NCBI GenBank assembly: GCA_018268655.1 | Contig: JAFDWC010000002.1 | Location: 2,022 to 66,021 of the forward strand | Reading direction: 5' to 3' | Source: Actinomycetota bacterium | GTDB taxonomy: Bacteria > Actinomycetota > Thermoleophilia > Solirubrobacterales > 70-9 | DNA: 64,000 nt | Shown: in pieces, positions 1 through 9,724 of the stretch | Layout: every line of letters begins with the position of its first letter | Numbering within the stretch: position 1 is the stretch's first letter | The notes under the pieces: generated by a model | What the model saw: only the letters and a program-made list of their open reading frames with translations | Databases searched by the model: none | Told to the model about the DNA's origin: nothing | Translations under genes and position numbers: made by a program

Positions 1-459
1 AAGACCGGCTCCGACGAAGCGGCCGGCGGCTGCCTCCTCTTCGCCAAGCGGATCGAGGTCGGCGGCCGCGACCTGACCGTGCTCGGCGCCGTCTTCGGCC
101 AGCGCGAAGGCGAACTGGTCCAGGCGGCGCTGGCCAGCGCCAACCGGCTCGCCGCCTCGGTCGCCGCCGCGGTCCGGGTCCGGACCGTGATCCCGGCCGG
201 GACCAAGGTGATGGTCGCCCGCGGCCCCGACGGCCACCGCGTCGCCGGGATCACCGCGGCCCCGGTCCAGCAGCTCGGCTGGGCGGGGATGCCGGTGCGG
301 GTGAAGCTGCGGCTCGCCGCCCCCGGCCGCTCGCTGGACGCGAACCAGCACCTCGGCACCCTGACCGCGATCGGCACCAGCACCGTCCGCGTCGCCGTCG
401 TCGCCGGCGCCGCGCTGCCGGAGCCCTCGCTCGTCTGGCGCCTGCGGCACCTGCTCTGA
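1..459 (+). CDS. D-alanyl-D-alanine carboxypeptidase family serine hydrolase, C-terminal part (5' end outside window)
   Basis: Frame 1 is open from base 1. It begins KTGSDEAAGGCLLFAK (KTG box of PBP5/S11-type DD-peptidases), followed by a beta-rich C-terminal domain. Stop at 457-459. Confidence 0.6.
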   Translation, partial: KTGSDEAAGGCLLFAKRIEVGGRDLTVLGAVFGQREGELVQAALASANRLAASVAAAVRVRTVIPAGTKVMVARGPDGHRVAGITAAPVQQLGWAGMPVRVKLRLAAPGRSLDANQHLGTLTAIGTSTVRVAVVAGAALPEPSLVWRLRHLL

Positions 460-528
460 GGCGAGGTCCACCGGGGACCGTCTGGCGGCGGCCAATGGCT
501 AGGATCAGCCACAGAGGCACTGGCGCGG

Positions 529-1998
529 ATGGGCACGGGAACAGAGGGGAAACCGCCGGTCGCGCCGCCGACGTCCGCGCGCCTCTCCTGGCCCGGGCTG
601 GCGGTCGTCCTCACCGCCACCGCGGCGGTCGCGATCGACATCTTCATCGTCTTCGTCGCGGCGCCGACGATCGCCGCCGACCTCGGCGCCTCGAGCAGCG
701 AGATCCAGTGGGTGGTCGCTGCCTACAACCTCGCCTTCGCCCTCTTCCTGATCACCGGCGGCCGGCTCGGCGACCTCTGGGGGCGGAAGCGGGTGCTGAT
801 GCTCGGCCTCTTCGTCTTCGGCCTCAGCTCCGCCGCCTGCGGGGCCGCCCCCGACCCGATCACCCTGATCGTCGCCCGCGCCGTACAGGGCGTCGGCGCG
901 GCGATGATGCTGCCCCAGGTCTTCTCGATCATCCAGGTCGAGTTCACGCCCGAGCACCGCGGCAAGCCGCTGGCGATCGTCGGCGTGGTCCAGGGGATCG
1001 CGGCGGTCGGCGGCCAGCTCCTCGGCGGCCTCCTGATCGGCCTCGACCTCTTCGGCCTCGAGTGGCGGACGGTCTTCCTCATCAACCTGCCGCTCTGCGC
1101 CCTCGGCCTCCTCTTCATCCCGCGCCTGGTCCCCGAGTCCCGCTCGCCGGCAGCGCAGCGCCTCGACCTCGGCGGCGTCGGCCTGGCGCTGCTGGCGGTG
1201 AGCGCGCTGACGGTGCCGCTGGTCCAGGGGCAGAGCGCCGGCTGGCCGGCCTGGACCTTCGTCGCCTTCGCCCTCACGGTCCCGCTCGCCTTCGCCTTCG
1301 TCGCCTGGGAGCGGCGGGTGCGCGACCGCGGCGGCTCACCGCTGGTCGAGCTCGGGCTGTTCGGGATCCCGACCTTCCGCGTCGGCGTCCTGCTCTCGCT
1401 GGTCTTCTACCTGGCCAACCCGGGGGTGATCCTGCTGCTGATGATCTACCTCCAGGAAGGGCTCGGCCTCTCCCCGGTCGAGGCCGGCCTCGTCTACACG
1501 CCGGCGGCGATCGGCTTCGCCGCCGCGGCGCTGCTCGTCGGGCGGATGGGGATCGCCAGGCGAGAGCACGTGCTGATCCCGGGGATCGCCGTCACCGCGC
1601 TCGGGGTGATCACCTCGGCCCTGATCCCGACCGTGGTCGACCACCCGAACGCGATCCTGCTCTCCCTCCTCTTCGGGCTGATCGGGGTCGGCCACGGGAT
1701 CGTGATCCCGGCCCTGAACGGGACCGTCCTCGCCGAGACCGGACCCGCCCACGCCGGCTCGGCCTCGGGGCTGCTGATCACCTCCCAGCAGCTGGGCGGC
1801 GCGCTCGGCGTCGCGCTGACCGGGACGATCTTCTTCGGCCACCTCGGCGACACCGTCGGCGCCGCCGCCTACGGAGACGCGCTGGCTGTTGCCTTCGCCG
1901 CCGCCCTCGCCGCGCTCGTGCTGGCAACCGGCCTGGCCTGGCGGCTGTTCGCGATCGTGCATCGGTCCGGGGCCCTGTCGGCGGCCGCCGAAGCCTGA
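529..1998 (+). CDS. MFS transporter, DHA2 (EmrB/QacA-like) drug:H+ antiporter
   Basis: 489-aa multi-TM ORF with N-terminal DHA2 signatures (IDIFIVFVAAPTIAADLG, GGRLGDLWGRKRVLMLGL). ATG at 529. Confidence 0.85.
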   Translation: MGTGTEGKPPVAPPTSARLSWPGLAVVLTATAAVAIDIFIVFVAAPTIAADLGASSSEIQWVVAAYNLAFALFLITGGRLGDLWGRKRVLMLGLFVFGLSSAACGAAPDPITLIVARAVQGVGAAMMLPQVFSIIQVEFTPEHRGKPLAIVGVVQGIAAVGGQLLGGLLIGLDLFGLEWRTVFLINLPLCALGLLFIPRLVPESRSPAAQRLDLGGVGLALLAVSALTVPLVQGQSAGWPAWTFVAFALTVPLAFAFVAWERRVRDRGGSPLVELGLFGIPTFRVGVLLSLVFYLANPGVILLLMIYLQEGLGLSPVEAGLVYTPAAIGFAAAALLVGRMGIARREHVLIPGIAVTALGVITSALIPTVVDHPNAILLSLLFGLIGVGHGIVIPALNGTVLAETGPAHAGSASGLLITSQQLGGALGVALTGTIFFGHLGDTVGAAAYGDALAVAFAAALAALVLATGLAWRLFAIVHRSGALSAAAEA

Positions 1999-2002
1999 CC
2001 GA

Positions 2003-2956
2003 CTACGGCTCGACCAGGATGCGGGCGCCGGCGGTGCCGCCGCGGAGCAAGTCCAGCGCGGCGTCGATCTCGCCCAGCGGCAGGCGGGTGGTGCGCAGCT
2101 GGAGCTCGCTGCCGACTTCGGAGAGCATCGCCTGGGCGGCGCCCCGCACCTCGTCCTCGAGCCGGATCGTGTTGACCGGCAGCAGGCGGACGTCGTTGAC
2201 GATGAGATCGGTGATCGAGACGCTGAGGTCGTCGCTGGCGGCATAGCCGACCATCGCCACGGCGCCGCCCGGCTTGATCGAGCGGGTGGCGAGCAGCGAG
2301 AGGGCCTCACCGCCGACGACGTCGACGACGAGGTCGAAGGCATCGTCGCCGCGGAAGCGGTCCGCCGTCGCCGCCCCCTCCCAGACCACCGACTCGGCGC
2401 CGGCCGGGATCAGGTCGGCCTGGGCGGCGCTGCGGTGGAAGCCGACCACCTTCGAGGCGCCGGCCCGCAGCGCAAGCTGGATCGTCAGGTCGCTGACCGA
2501 GCCGGTGGCGCCGGTCACCGCGACGCGCTGGCCGGGCTGGAGCTGGCCGATGGTGTGGAGCGCGGCCTCGGCGGTGGTGGCGGCGTAGAAGCAGGTGGCG
2601 GCGATCCCGGCGTCGACCTCCGGCGCCAGCGCTTCGAGGGCGGCGTCCGGGGCGGCCACCCGCTCGGCCCAGGTCCCGGCCCGGACGACCCCGACGCCGG
2701 CGCCTCCGACCCTGACCCGGGTCCCGACCTCGAGGGTCTCCGAGGCGAGGACGCGGCCGCCGGCTTCGGCGCCGGCGATGAACGGGAGCGGCGGCGGCGC
2801 GAAGAATTCGCCGCTGAGGATGGTCAGGTCGAAATGGGCGACGGCGGCCGCTTCGATCGCGACCAGGCTCTCCCCCGGCCCGACCTCGGGCTCGTCGACC
2901 TCGCGGATCTCGACGTTGCGCCCGGCATCCAGCTGATCGGTGACGGCGGCGAGCAT
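2003..2956 (-). CDS. MDR-superfamily (quinone oxidoreductase/zinc-type alcohol dehydrogenase-like) oxidoreductase
   Basis: Internal ATG at 2956 (MLAAVTDQLDAG...) chosen because the upstream part of the 386-aa ORF is Arg/Trp-rich nonsense. GroES-like N-domain plus Rossmann motif VAVTGATGSVS. Confidence 0.75.
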   Translation of the reverse strand: MLAAVTDQLDAGRNVEIREVDEPEVGPGESLVAIEAAAVAHFDLTILSGEFFAPPPLPFIAGAEAGGRVLASETLEVGTRVRVGGAGVGVVRAGTWAERVAAPDAALEALAPEVDAGIAATCFYAATTAEAALHTIGQLQPGQRVAVTGATGSVSDLTIQLALRAGASKVVGFHRSAAQADLIPAGAESVVWEGAATADRFRGDDAFDLVVDVVGGEALSLLATRSIKPGGAVAMVGYAASDDLSVSITDLIVNDVRLLPVNTIRLEDEVRGAAQAMLSEVGSELQLRTTRLPLGEIDAALDLLRGGTAGARILVEP

Positions 2957-2969
2957 TCGGAGCGCAACT

Positions 2970-3782
2970 CTATGCGTCGCCGCCGCGGAAGCGAGGCTCC
3001 CTGCGCTCGAGGAAGGCCTGCTTCCCCTCGTCGGCGTCCGCCGAGGCCTCCAGCGCCGCCGCTTCGGCCACCTCCGCTTCCAGCGCCTGCTCGAGGTCCA
3101 GCCCCGGGGAGCGGTCGAGCAGGCGCTTGAGGGCGGCCAGCGAAAGCGGCGCCCGCCGGGCAAGGGTCGCCGCCATTGCGGCGGCCTCCGCCTCGAGCCG
3201 CTCGCCGGGGACGGCGCGATTGGCGAGCCCGAGCTCGGCCGCGCGGCGGCCGTCGAAGCGCTCGCCCACCATCACCAGCTCGCGGGCGACCATCGGCCCG
3301 ACCAGCTGCGGCAGGCTGCGGCTGAGGCCGTTGGTGACCGAGAGGCCGACGGCCGACTCGGGGAACCCGAAGACCGCGTCCTCGGCGGCGAGGAGGAGGT
3401 CGCAGCTGAGTGCGATCTCGGCGCCGCCGCCGATCGCGTAGCCGTGCACGACCGCGATCACCGGCAGCGGCAGCGAGCGCAGGGCCCGGGTCACCTCCTG
3501 GGTCAGCTCGGCGCTGCGCCGCGCCTCCGCGAGATCCTCGGATGCCGGCCGCGGCGCCTCCTTGAGGTCGTAGCCGCTGCAGAACGAGCGGCCCGCCCCG
3601 CGCAGGATCACGACCCGCGCCTCGCCCCCGGCGCAGCCGCGAAGGCGGCCCACGAGCGTCCTCAGCAGCTCGTCGTCGAGCGCGTTCAGCCGCTGCGGCC
3701 GGTTCAGGGTGATCGTCGCGACCGGCCCGTCGAGAGCGAACAGCACCGTGTCCTCGGGGCCAGCCACAAGGCCCGGAAGCAT
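2970..3782 (-). CDS. enoyl-CoA hydratase/isomerase (crotonase) family protein
   Basis: 270 aa. Crotonase hallmarks ITLNRPQRLNALD, RGAGRSFCSGYDL, VHGYAIGGGAEIALSCD. Confidence 0.85.
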   Translation of the reverse strand: MLPGLVAGPEDTVLFALDGPVATITLNRPQRLNALDDELLRTLVGRLRGCAGGEARVVILRGAGRSFCSGYDLKEAPRPASEDLAEARRSAELTQEVTRALRSLPLPVIAVVHGYAIGGGAEIALSCDLLLAAEDAVFGFPESAVGLSVTNGLSRSLPQLVGPMVARELVMVGERFDGRRAAELGLANRAVPGERLEAEAAAMAATLARRAPLSLAALKRLLDRSPGLDLEQALEAEVAEAAALEASADADEGKQAFLERREPRFRGGDA

Positions 3783-3896
3783 ATGCCGCCCCAGATCGGC
3801 GAAGCCTTCGACGACCGGGTCGACGAAGTTGGAGAAATCTCGCCTAACCCAAGCTCAAGTGCGGAACTTTGGATTGACGAGGGGGAGACCGACGCC

Positions 3897-3939
3897 GAGG
3901 TTGCCTCTTGCCCCGCATGTCGAGGCAAAAGGCAACCTC
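3897..3939 (-). terminator. terminator-like hairpin after the BNR-repeat gene (no U-tract)
   Basis: 16-bp arms GAGGTTGCCTCTTGCC / GGCAAAAGGCAACCTC (1 mismatch) with an 11-nt loop, starting 5 nt past the stop at 3944. Confidence 0.4.
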
Positions 3940-3943
3940 ATCG

Positions 3944-5635
3944 TCAGGGCGTCGGGTCGAGCCCGCTCGCCGACCAGATGTCGGTGTTGCCGAAGGTCGC
4001 CGGGCATTCCGTCCCGGTCGCCGGCGCTTTGGCGGTTTTGACCCCGTTGACGATTTCCTGGCGGTAGCGATCGATCGCCGGGCAGACGGCGGCCTCGCGA
4101 GCGTCGTTGAAGAGCGCGATCCAGCCTTCGTTGGTCGCCGCGACGGAGTTGTAGTCGCCGAGGAAGCCATCGATCGGTTCGTTCGAGCTCGAGGCGCGCG
4201 AGTCGCCGATCGCGCCGCGGTAGAGCGTCGTCGTCGCCCCGAGGGTCGTCCCGGTCACGTCCGAGTGCCGGACCACACCCTGGAAGCGGCGGCTGGCGGT
4301 CATGTTTTCGCGGAACGGGTCGAGGAACGCGTCGTAGACGGTGTAGAGATCGCGGCCGTCGGGCGAGATCCCGACAAAGGCGAAGTCGGGACGGTCGCCG
4401 GGCGCCTCGACGGCTTTCGGCGTCGACCATTCGACCCCGCCGTCGTTGGAGAGCTGGACCAACGCGTGCTCGTCGTTGAGCCCTTCGGAGCCGTCCGACC
4501 AACCGACCGCGATCGTGTTCGGCGCGCCGATGCCGCTGGGGGCGCCGTTGGCGATGCTGAGCCCCGGGAAGGAGCTGGTCCGGGCGCCGGCGATCCCGTC
4601 GAAGGAGATCGAGCGGACGCCGTCGGCGGCGCCGACGTCGGTGACGTTGGCGATCACGCTCGGCTTCGAGAAGGTCGCGCCGCCGTCGGAGGAGCGCGCC
4701 ATCTCGAACACGCTCTGCTTCTTGACCACGTCCTCCCAGACGACGTACACGTTGCCTTCGCTGTCGGTCTTCACCGCGCAGCCCTGGCGGTCGGGTGGGT
4801 TGCGCGGGTCGTTGTGCCGGCTCAGCTTCAGCGGCGCCGACCAGGTTTCGCCGCCGTCGCGCGAGCGGCTGAAGGAGATCGTCACGGCCGGGCCTTCGCC
4901 CTGGAAGCGGCTGTAGCAGACGTAGGCGTTGCCGAAGTAGGGGCTGGTGGCGGCGTCGTCGGCGGTGACCGCCTCCTTGTCGGAGAAGGTCGCCGAGGTC
5001 TGATTCTGGGAGGTGACGATCGCCGGTTCGCTCCAGGCCGAGGCATCGCCCGCCGCCGCGGCGCCGGTGTTGTCGGTGTGGGAGACGGCGATCGCCTCGA
5101 AGCCCCTGAAGGTGTACTCGCTGCGTTTGGTCGCGAAGTTCGAGGTCAGGTTCGCGTAGTAGAGGCGGGAGCCCGCGGCCCAGGAGAAGCCGTTGCCGCT
5201 CGGAGCGGGGCCGAAGGCCAGCGCCGGGTCGCCGTCCGAGACGAGGCCGTTCTCGTAGTAATGAGGGAGCGTCCCGATCGGACCGAACCCAGGGGTGCCG
5301 CCGCGATCGCTGTAGCCGCCGTAGGTCGGCTGGGTCCAGGTCGCGCCACCGTCGAACGAGAAGTAGACGCCGGAGTTGCCAACGCCCTGCACGAACGGGC
5401 AGGAGCTGCCCGCGCAGGCCGGCTCGTCGATCTCGTCGTTGGATCCGGCGGCGATCACTTCCGGGTGCTGGGGGTCGATGGCCACCGCGGGCTCGTTCTG
5501 CTTGTTCGTCGGGAAGGGCGAGGGTGGGCTGCCGACGTTGACCAGCGATTCGGCCGCGACCGCCGCCGGAGCCCCGATGGCGAGCAGGCCAGCGGCCACG
5601 AGCAGAGCCGTCGACAACGCCGGAATCTTCCTCAT
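3944..5635 (-). CDS. secreted BNR/Asp-box repeat protein (sialidase-fold glycosidase-like)
   Basis: Signal peptide MRKIPALSTALLVAAGLLAIGAPAAVAA. Four Asp-boxes (SFDGGATW, SRDGGETW, SSDGGATF, SNDGGVEW). AGGAGGG SD upstream of the ATG at 5635. Confidence 0.75.
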   Translation of the reverse strand: MRKIPALSTALLVAAGLLAIGAPAAVAAESLVNVGSPPSPFPTNKQNEPAVAIDPQHPEVIAAGSNDEIDEPACAGSSCPFVQGVGNSGVYFSFDGGATWTQPTYGGYSDRGGTPGFGPIGTLPHYYENGLVSDGDPALAFGPAPSGNGFSWAAGSRLYYANLTSNFATKRSEYTFRGFEAIAVSHTDNTGAAAAGDASAWSEPAIVTSQNQTSATFSDKEAVTADDAATSPYFGNAYVCYSRFQGEGPAVTISFSRSRDGGETWSAPLKLSRHNDPRNPPDRQGCAVKTDSEGNVYVVWEDVVKKQSVFEMARSSDGGATFSKPSVIANVTDVGAADGVRSISFDGIAGARTSSFPGLSIANGAPSGIGAPNTIAVGWSDGSEGLNDEHALVQLSNDGGVEWSTPKAVEAPGDRPDFAFVGISPDGRDLYTVYDAFLDPFRENMTASRRFQGVVRHSDVTGTTLGATTTLYRGAIGDSRASSSNEPIDGFLGDYNSVAATNEGWIALFNDAREAAVCPAIDRYRQEIVNGVKTAKAPATGTECPATFGNTDIWSASGLDPTP

Positions 5636-5730
5636 CCCAAGCCCTCCTAACGAGTGTGAACCCGATTCCCGGTACCCGAGCCTAGTCGCTCGGGAACGAT
5701 CGCCGGGGATGATGTTCGAATGCTCCTGGA

Positions 5731-6747
5731 TTGCCGCCGGTTAAGATCGCGCGACTGATCGGGGGACGGCACTCCTTGAAGGAAGAGACACAGGGCGCCC
5801 AACACCGGCGTGCCTACCTCGCCTCGCACCCGCTCGTCCTGACCCGCAGCGACGAGGTGCTGCACGACGCGGTCGCCAACTACGGCGTCGGCCATGACCT
5901 GATCCCGCGCGGGCAGCGGCTGCTGAAGGGAGTCGCGAACGGGACCACGATCGGCTCCACGGCCGTGATCTTCATCCGCCACGGCGCGCCGGTCGACGTC
6001 GAGGCCTACGCGACCGGGTCGCGCATCGTGATCTCGGCCTCACTGGCTCCGGTCGAGGTGCGGATCGGCGCCGACTCGGCGCTCGAGTCCTCCTGGTTCG
6101 CGCTCTCCAACGGCCGCGAGACGGTGATCCGCGAACCGCGCGCCGGCTCCTTCATCCTCGCCTTCGACCGCGACCTGATCGACCACACGATCACCCGTCT
6201 GACCGGCGCCATGCACGCGCCGGTCGAGTTCGGCCCGCGCTGGACGCGGGCGGCCCTCGGGCGCGGAATGATCTCCGCGACCCTGCGCCACGTCGAGTCG
6301 ACGCTCGCGGCGAACCCGGTGCCGCCGCCGCTGGCCGCGCGGATGCTCGAGTCGATGCTGGTCGACGCGCTGCTGCTGGCGATGCCGCACTCGCACTCCT
6401 CCCTGTTCCTGGCCCAGCGCGAGGCCGGGAGCGGACACGCCGAACGGGCGAAGGCGTGGCTCGAGGAGCATCTCGGCGAGCCGGTCTCGATCGCCGACCT
6501 CAGCGTCGCCGTCAACCTCAGCACCCGCCAGCTGCAGGCGGTGGTCCGCGACCGATTCGGCTACGGCCCCGTGCGGCTGCTGCGCGAGCTTCGCCTCGAA
6601 CGCGCCCACACCCTCCTCCGCAGCGGCGCCGCGACGAGCGTCTCCGAGGCCGCCCTGGAGTCGGGCTTCACCCACCTCGGGCGCTTCGCCGCCGCCTACC
6701 GCGAGCGCTACGGGGTGCTGCCCTCGACCGAGCTCGAAGCCGGGTGA
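5731..6747 (+). CDS. AraC family transcriptional regulator
   Basis: C-terminal AraC HTH pair (VSIADLSVAVNLSTRQLQAVVRDRFG ... SVSEAALESGFTHLGRFAAAYRERYG). The TTG at 5731 is only one possible start. Confidence 0.75.
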   Translation: MPPVKIARLIGGRHSLKEETQGAQHRRAYLASHPLVLTRSDEVLHDAVANYGVGHDLIPRGQRLLKGVANGTTIGSTAVIFIRHGAPVDVEAYATGSRIVISASLAPVEVRIGADSALESSWFALSNGRETVIREPRAGSFILAFDRDLIDHTITRLTGAMHAPVEFGPRWTRAALGRGMISATLRHVESTLAANPVPPPLAARMLESMLVDALLLAMPHSHSSLFLAQREAGSGHAERAKAWLEEHLGEPVSIADLSVAVNLSTRQLQAVVRDRFGYGPVRLLRELRLERAHTLLRSGAATSVSEAALESGFTHLGRFAAAYRERYGVLPSTELEAG

Positions 6748-7814
6748 TCCCCGGCCGCGGCGCTCGCGGTCACGCCGAACCGCGGCATGATCCGCTCGCA
6801 GAAGAGCTGCTGGGTCTTCAGCGCCCCCTCGTGCTCCATGCCTCCCATGTTCGAGGTGATCGCGACTTCGGTAAGTCCCGCGCAGACGTCGACGACCGCC
6901 TGGATCCGCTCGGCGATCTCGTCCGGCGACCCGACCCACACCATGTCCTCGTCGATCAGCTCCTGGTAAGGCTTCGCCGCGACCGACTCGAGGACGCCGG
7001 CCGCGTAGAACCCGTATCCCGCGGCGACCAGCTCCTCGGCGGGGGCGGCCTCGGGCATCGCGACGATCTGGGCCTGCATGAACCGGCCGATCGCCCGGGC
7101 CGCGTCGCGCCGGGCCAGCTCCGCGTCCTCGTCGAGGTGACAGGCGTGGATCCAGACGATGTCCGGCTCGTGCCCGGCGGCGGCGCAGGCCTCCCGGTAG
7201 AGGTCCAGCGGCGCCCGCAGCATCTCGTAGGACAGCAGCGGCGGCACCGCGATCGCCCACCCGCGTTCCCCGGCCCGGACGTAGGTCGAGTCACTGGTGC
7301 CACCGACGAAGATCCGGAACCGGCGCGGCGGCAACGGGGCGAGGTGACTGTCGTCGACGCTCCAGAAGTCACCCTGGTGACTGAACCGTTCGTTCTCGAG
7401 GGCGGCCAGGAGCAGCTCCGTGGCCTCGTCGTAGCGCGGCCGCGACTCCGCCAGCGGCACCCCGATCTTCGGCGGCAGCCAGCCGTGGCCGCGGCCGATG
7501 CCGAACTCGTAGCGGCCGCCGGTGAGGATGTCGAGCGCGGCGATCTGCGAGGCGAGCACGACCGGGTTGTGGGCGGGGAGGTTGTGGAGGAGGGTGCGGA
7601 ACCTGATCGCCTCCGTCCGCTGGGAGGCGGCGGCGAAGAAGGCAAGGGGGTTCGCCGAAACCGAGAACTCCGGGAAGCAGAAGTGCTCGATCAGCGAGTA
7701 GGTGGCAAATCCACACCTCTCACCGTGAGCAACCTGCTCGAGCGCCTCGCCGTAGACCTGGGCCGGTGTCTTTCCCGGCCAGTTCTGCAGCTCGCTGTAC
7801 AGACCGAAATCCAT
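6708..7814 (-). CDS. LLM-class (luciferase-like) flavin-dependent oxidoreductase
   Basis: Starts MDFGLYSELQ at the ATG at 7814. LLM motifs SLIEHFCFPEFSVSANPL, ILTGGRYEFGIGRGHG. Its 3' end overlaps the convergent AraC gene by 40 bp. Confidence 0.85.
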   Translation of the reverse strand: MDFGLYSELQNWPGKTPAQVYGEALEQVAHGERCGFATYSLIEHFCFPEFSVSANPLAFFAAASQRTEAIRFRTLLHNLPAHNPVVLASQIAALDILTGGRYEFGIGRGHGWLPPKIGVPLAESRPRYDEATELLLAALENERFSHQGDFWSVDDSHLAPLPPRRFRIFVGGTSDSTYVRAGERGWAIAVPPLLSYEMLRAPLDLYREACAAAGHEPDIVWIHACHLDEDAELARRDAARAIGRFMQAQIVAMPEAAPAEELVAAGYGFYAAGVLESVAAKPYQELIDEDMVWVGSPDEIAERIQAVVDVCAGLTEVAITSNMGGMEHEGALKTQQLFCERIMPRFGVTASAAAGDHPASSSVEGSTP

Positions 7815-8189
7815 CCGTGGCTCCTCTCCGTCGCTTCCTCCAGCCCGACGGACCGCGTGGGGTCGCCGGCAGCCGCGATCTAAGTCGCGGCCGGGGCCAG
7901 GCGCAAGGCCCACCGCGCGATCTGGACAGCGGGCCCACGGTTTGTGGATAGGAGGGACGACGTGGAGGCGCACCTCCCCCGCGGCTCAGCGGGAGCGGTG
8001 AGTCGCTTCATCGTTGATCGATTCAGGTGGCCATAGCGACGCCAATCCATCAACGATGCGGCGATCGACCCAACTGGCGGCGGGCGCATGAGGGCGAACG
8101 GCCGGCCCGGTGCCAAGCGGAATCTCCCGGGCGAGTATCGTCGCCGCGCCGAATCGGAACGACTGCTCACCTCAGCAGTCGTCTTCTCC

Positions 8190-9638
8190 ATGCCCTCGCT
8201 GGAAACACAAACTCACAAGAACCGGGCGCTGATCCTGCTCGCGCTGACGCAGTTCATGATCGTGATCGACGCCTCGATCACGAACGTCGCCCTGCCCACG
8301 ATCGGGCGGGCGCTCGAGATCGACCAGACCAACCTCAGCTGGGTCGTCAACGCCTACACGCTGACCTTCGGCGGCTTCCTGCTGCTCGGCGGACGCCTCG
8401 CCGACCTGATCGGCCGGCGCCGGATGTTCATCATCGGCCTCGCCATCTTCGGCGCCAGCTCGCTGCTCGGCGGTCTCGCCGGGTCGGCCGCGTTTCTCGA
8501 CGGAGCCCGAGCGCTGCAGGGCATCGGCGCCGCATTCGTCTCGCCGGCGGCGCTCGCCCTGGTGACGACGATCTTCGCCGAGGGCTCCGAGCGAAACCGA
8601 GCGCTCGGCGTCTGGGGCGCCGTGGCGGGGGCCGGCGGTGCGGCCGGGGTGCTGCTCGGCGGGATCCTGACCGAGATCGACTGGCGACTCGTCCTCTTCG
8701 TCAACGTTCCGGTCGCGATCGGCGCGATCATCGCCGCCCCGCGGATCCTGCCGGCTGGAAAGGACCCGGCCGAGGTCAAGGGCTTCGACATTCCGGGGGC
8801 GATCAGCGTCACCGCCGGGCTCGCCCTGCTGGTGTTCGCGATGATCAAGGCGAGCGAGGAAGGGTGGGCGACGACGGGAACGATCGCGCGCCTGGCCGGC
8901 AGCGCGCTGCTGCTGCTCGCGTTCGTGGTCATCGAGCTCCGCGCCGAGCACCCGCTGCTGCCGTTCTCGATCTTCAGGTTGCGCACCCTGCGCGGCGCGA
9001 ATCTCGCCGGAGTCCTCACCGGCATGTCGATGTTCTCGGCGTTCCTCTTCATCTCCTACTACCTGCAGTACGTGCTCGGCTACAGCGCGATCGAGACCGG
9101 ACTCGCCTACCTGCCGTTCTCGGTCGAGATCCTCACCGCCGCCCTCGCCGCGCAGCTGGTGACGCGCATCGGCTTCAAGCCGACTCTGATCGGCGGGCTC
9201 CTGGTCCTCGCCGCCGGACTGTTCTGGTTCTCGCGGATCAGCACCTCGGGCTCCTACCTGACCGACGTGCTCGGCCCGATGGTCGTCGCCGGGTGCGGGC
9301 TCGGCCTCACCTTCGTACCGATCATGATCGCGGCCGTCACCGGCACCTCCGGGCCGCTGGCAGGTGTCGCCTCGGGCCTGATCAACACCTCGCTGCAGGT
9401 CGGCGGCGCACTCGGCATCGCGATCCTCGTCTCGGTCTCCAGCTCCCGGATCGCCGAGTTCGGCCCAGCCGCCGGGACCGATCACGCACTCGTCGCCGGC
9501 TACTCCCGCGCGTTCCTGGTCGGCAGCGGACTCGCGGTGCTGGCCGCACTGCTCTCGACCGTGATCATCTCGAGCAAGGACTCGCGCGAGCACTCCGAAG
9601 CGGCTCGCCGAGACGAGGCTCCCGTGGCCGATATCTAG
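8190..9638 (+). CDS. MFS transporter, DHA2 (EmrB/QacA-like)
   Basis: MPSLETQTHKNRALILLALTQFMIVIDASITNVALPTIG, GGRLADLIGRRRMFIIGL, 14-TM-like profile. The ATG at 8088 is an alternative start. Confidence 0.85.
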   Translation: MPSLETQTHKNRALILLALTQFMIVIDASITNVALPTIGRALEIDQTNLSWVVNAYTLTFGGFLLLGGRLADLIGRRRMFIIGLAIFGASSLLGGLAGSAAFLDGARALQGIGAAFVSPAALALVTTIFAEGSERNRALGVWGAVAGAGGAAGVLLGGILTEIDWRLVLFVNVPVAIGAIIAAPRILPAGKDPAEVKGFDIPGAISVTAGLALLVFAMIKASEEGWATTGTIARLAGSALLLLAFVVIELRAEHPLLPFSIFRLRTLRGANLAGVLTGMSMFSAFLFISYYLQYVLGYSAIETGLAYLPFSVEILTAALAAQLVTRIGFKPTLIGGLLVLAAGLFWFSRISTSGSYLTDVLGPMVVAGCGLGLTFVPIMIAAVTGTSGPLAGVASGLINTSLQVGGALGIAILVSVSSSRIAEFGPAAGTDHALVAGYSRAFLVGSGLAVLAALLSTVIISSKDSREHSEAARRDEAPVADI

Positions 9639-9724
9639 CGGTCGAAACCGCTTCGGAGCTGCCAGCGATTCGAGTAGTCTGCCCGACGCAACGTCCGACG
9701 ACCGCAGAATGGACTGGGGATCCC

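Noticed and set aside
495-2246. A long alternative-frame/antisense ORF. Other examples are 1336..2343, 8172..10037, 15141..17153, 20421..22697, 27107..28978, 39967..41904, 46153..48198, 55513..57240, 60594..62072 and 62260..63483.
   Set aside because: All of these overlap ORFs with clear family signatures. They encode Arg/Gly/Pro/Asp-rich repetitive sequences without motifs or hydrophobic cores. They are high-GC stop-codon-depletion artefacts.
6708-6747. The 40-bp convergent overlap of the AraC and LLM oxidoreductase coding regions as a regulatory antisense arrangement
   Set aside because: Both ends are fixed by stop codons, and the overlap involves low-complexity tails. This is plausible but unremarkable in compact high-GC genomes, and nothing specific supports a function.
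7815-8189. A guanidine (ykkC / mini-ykkC) riboswitch upstream of the efflux pump
   Set aside because: I could not find the paired ACGR-loop hairpins or the conserved GGGA/ACGG blocks. Only generic hairpins are present.
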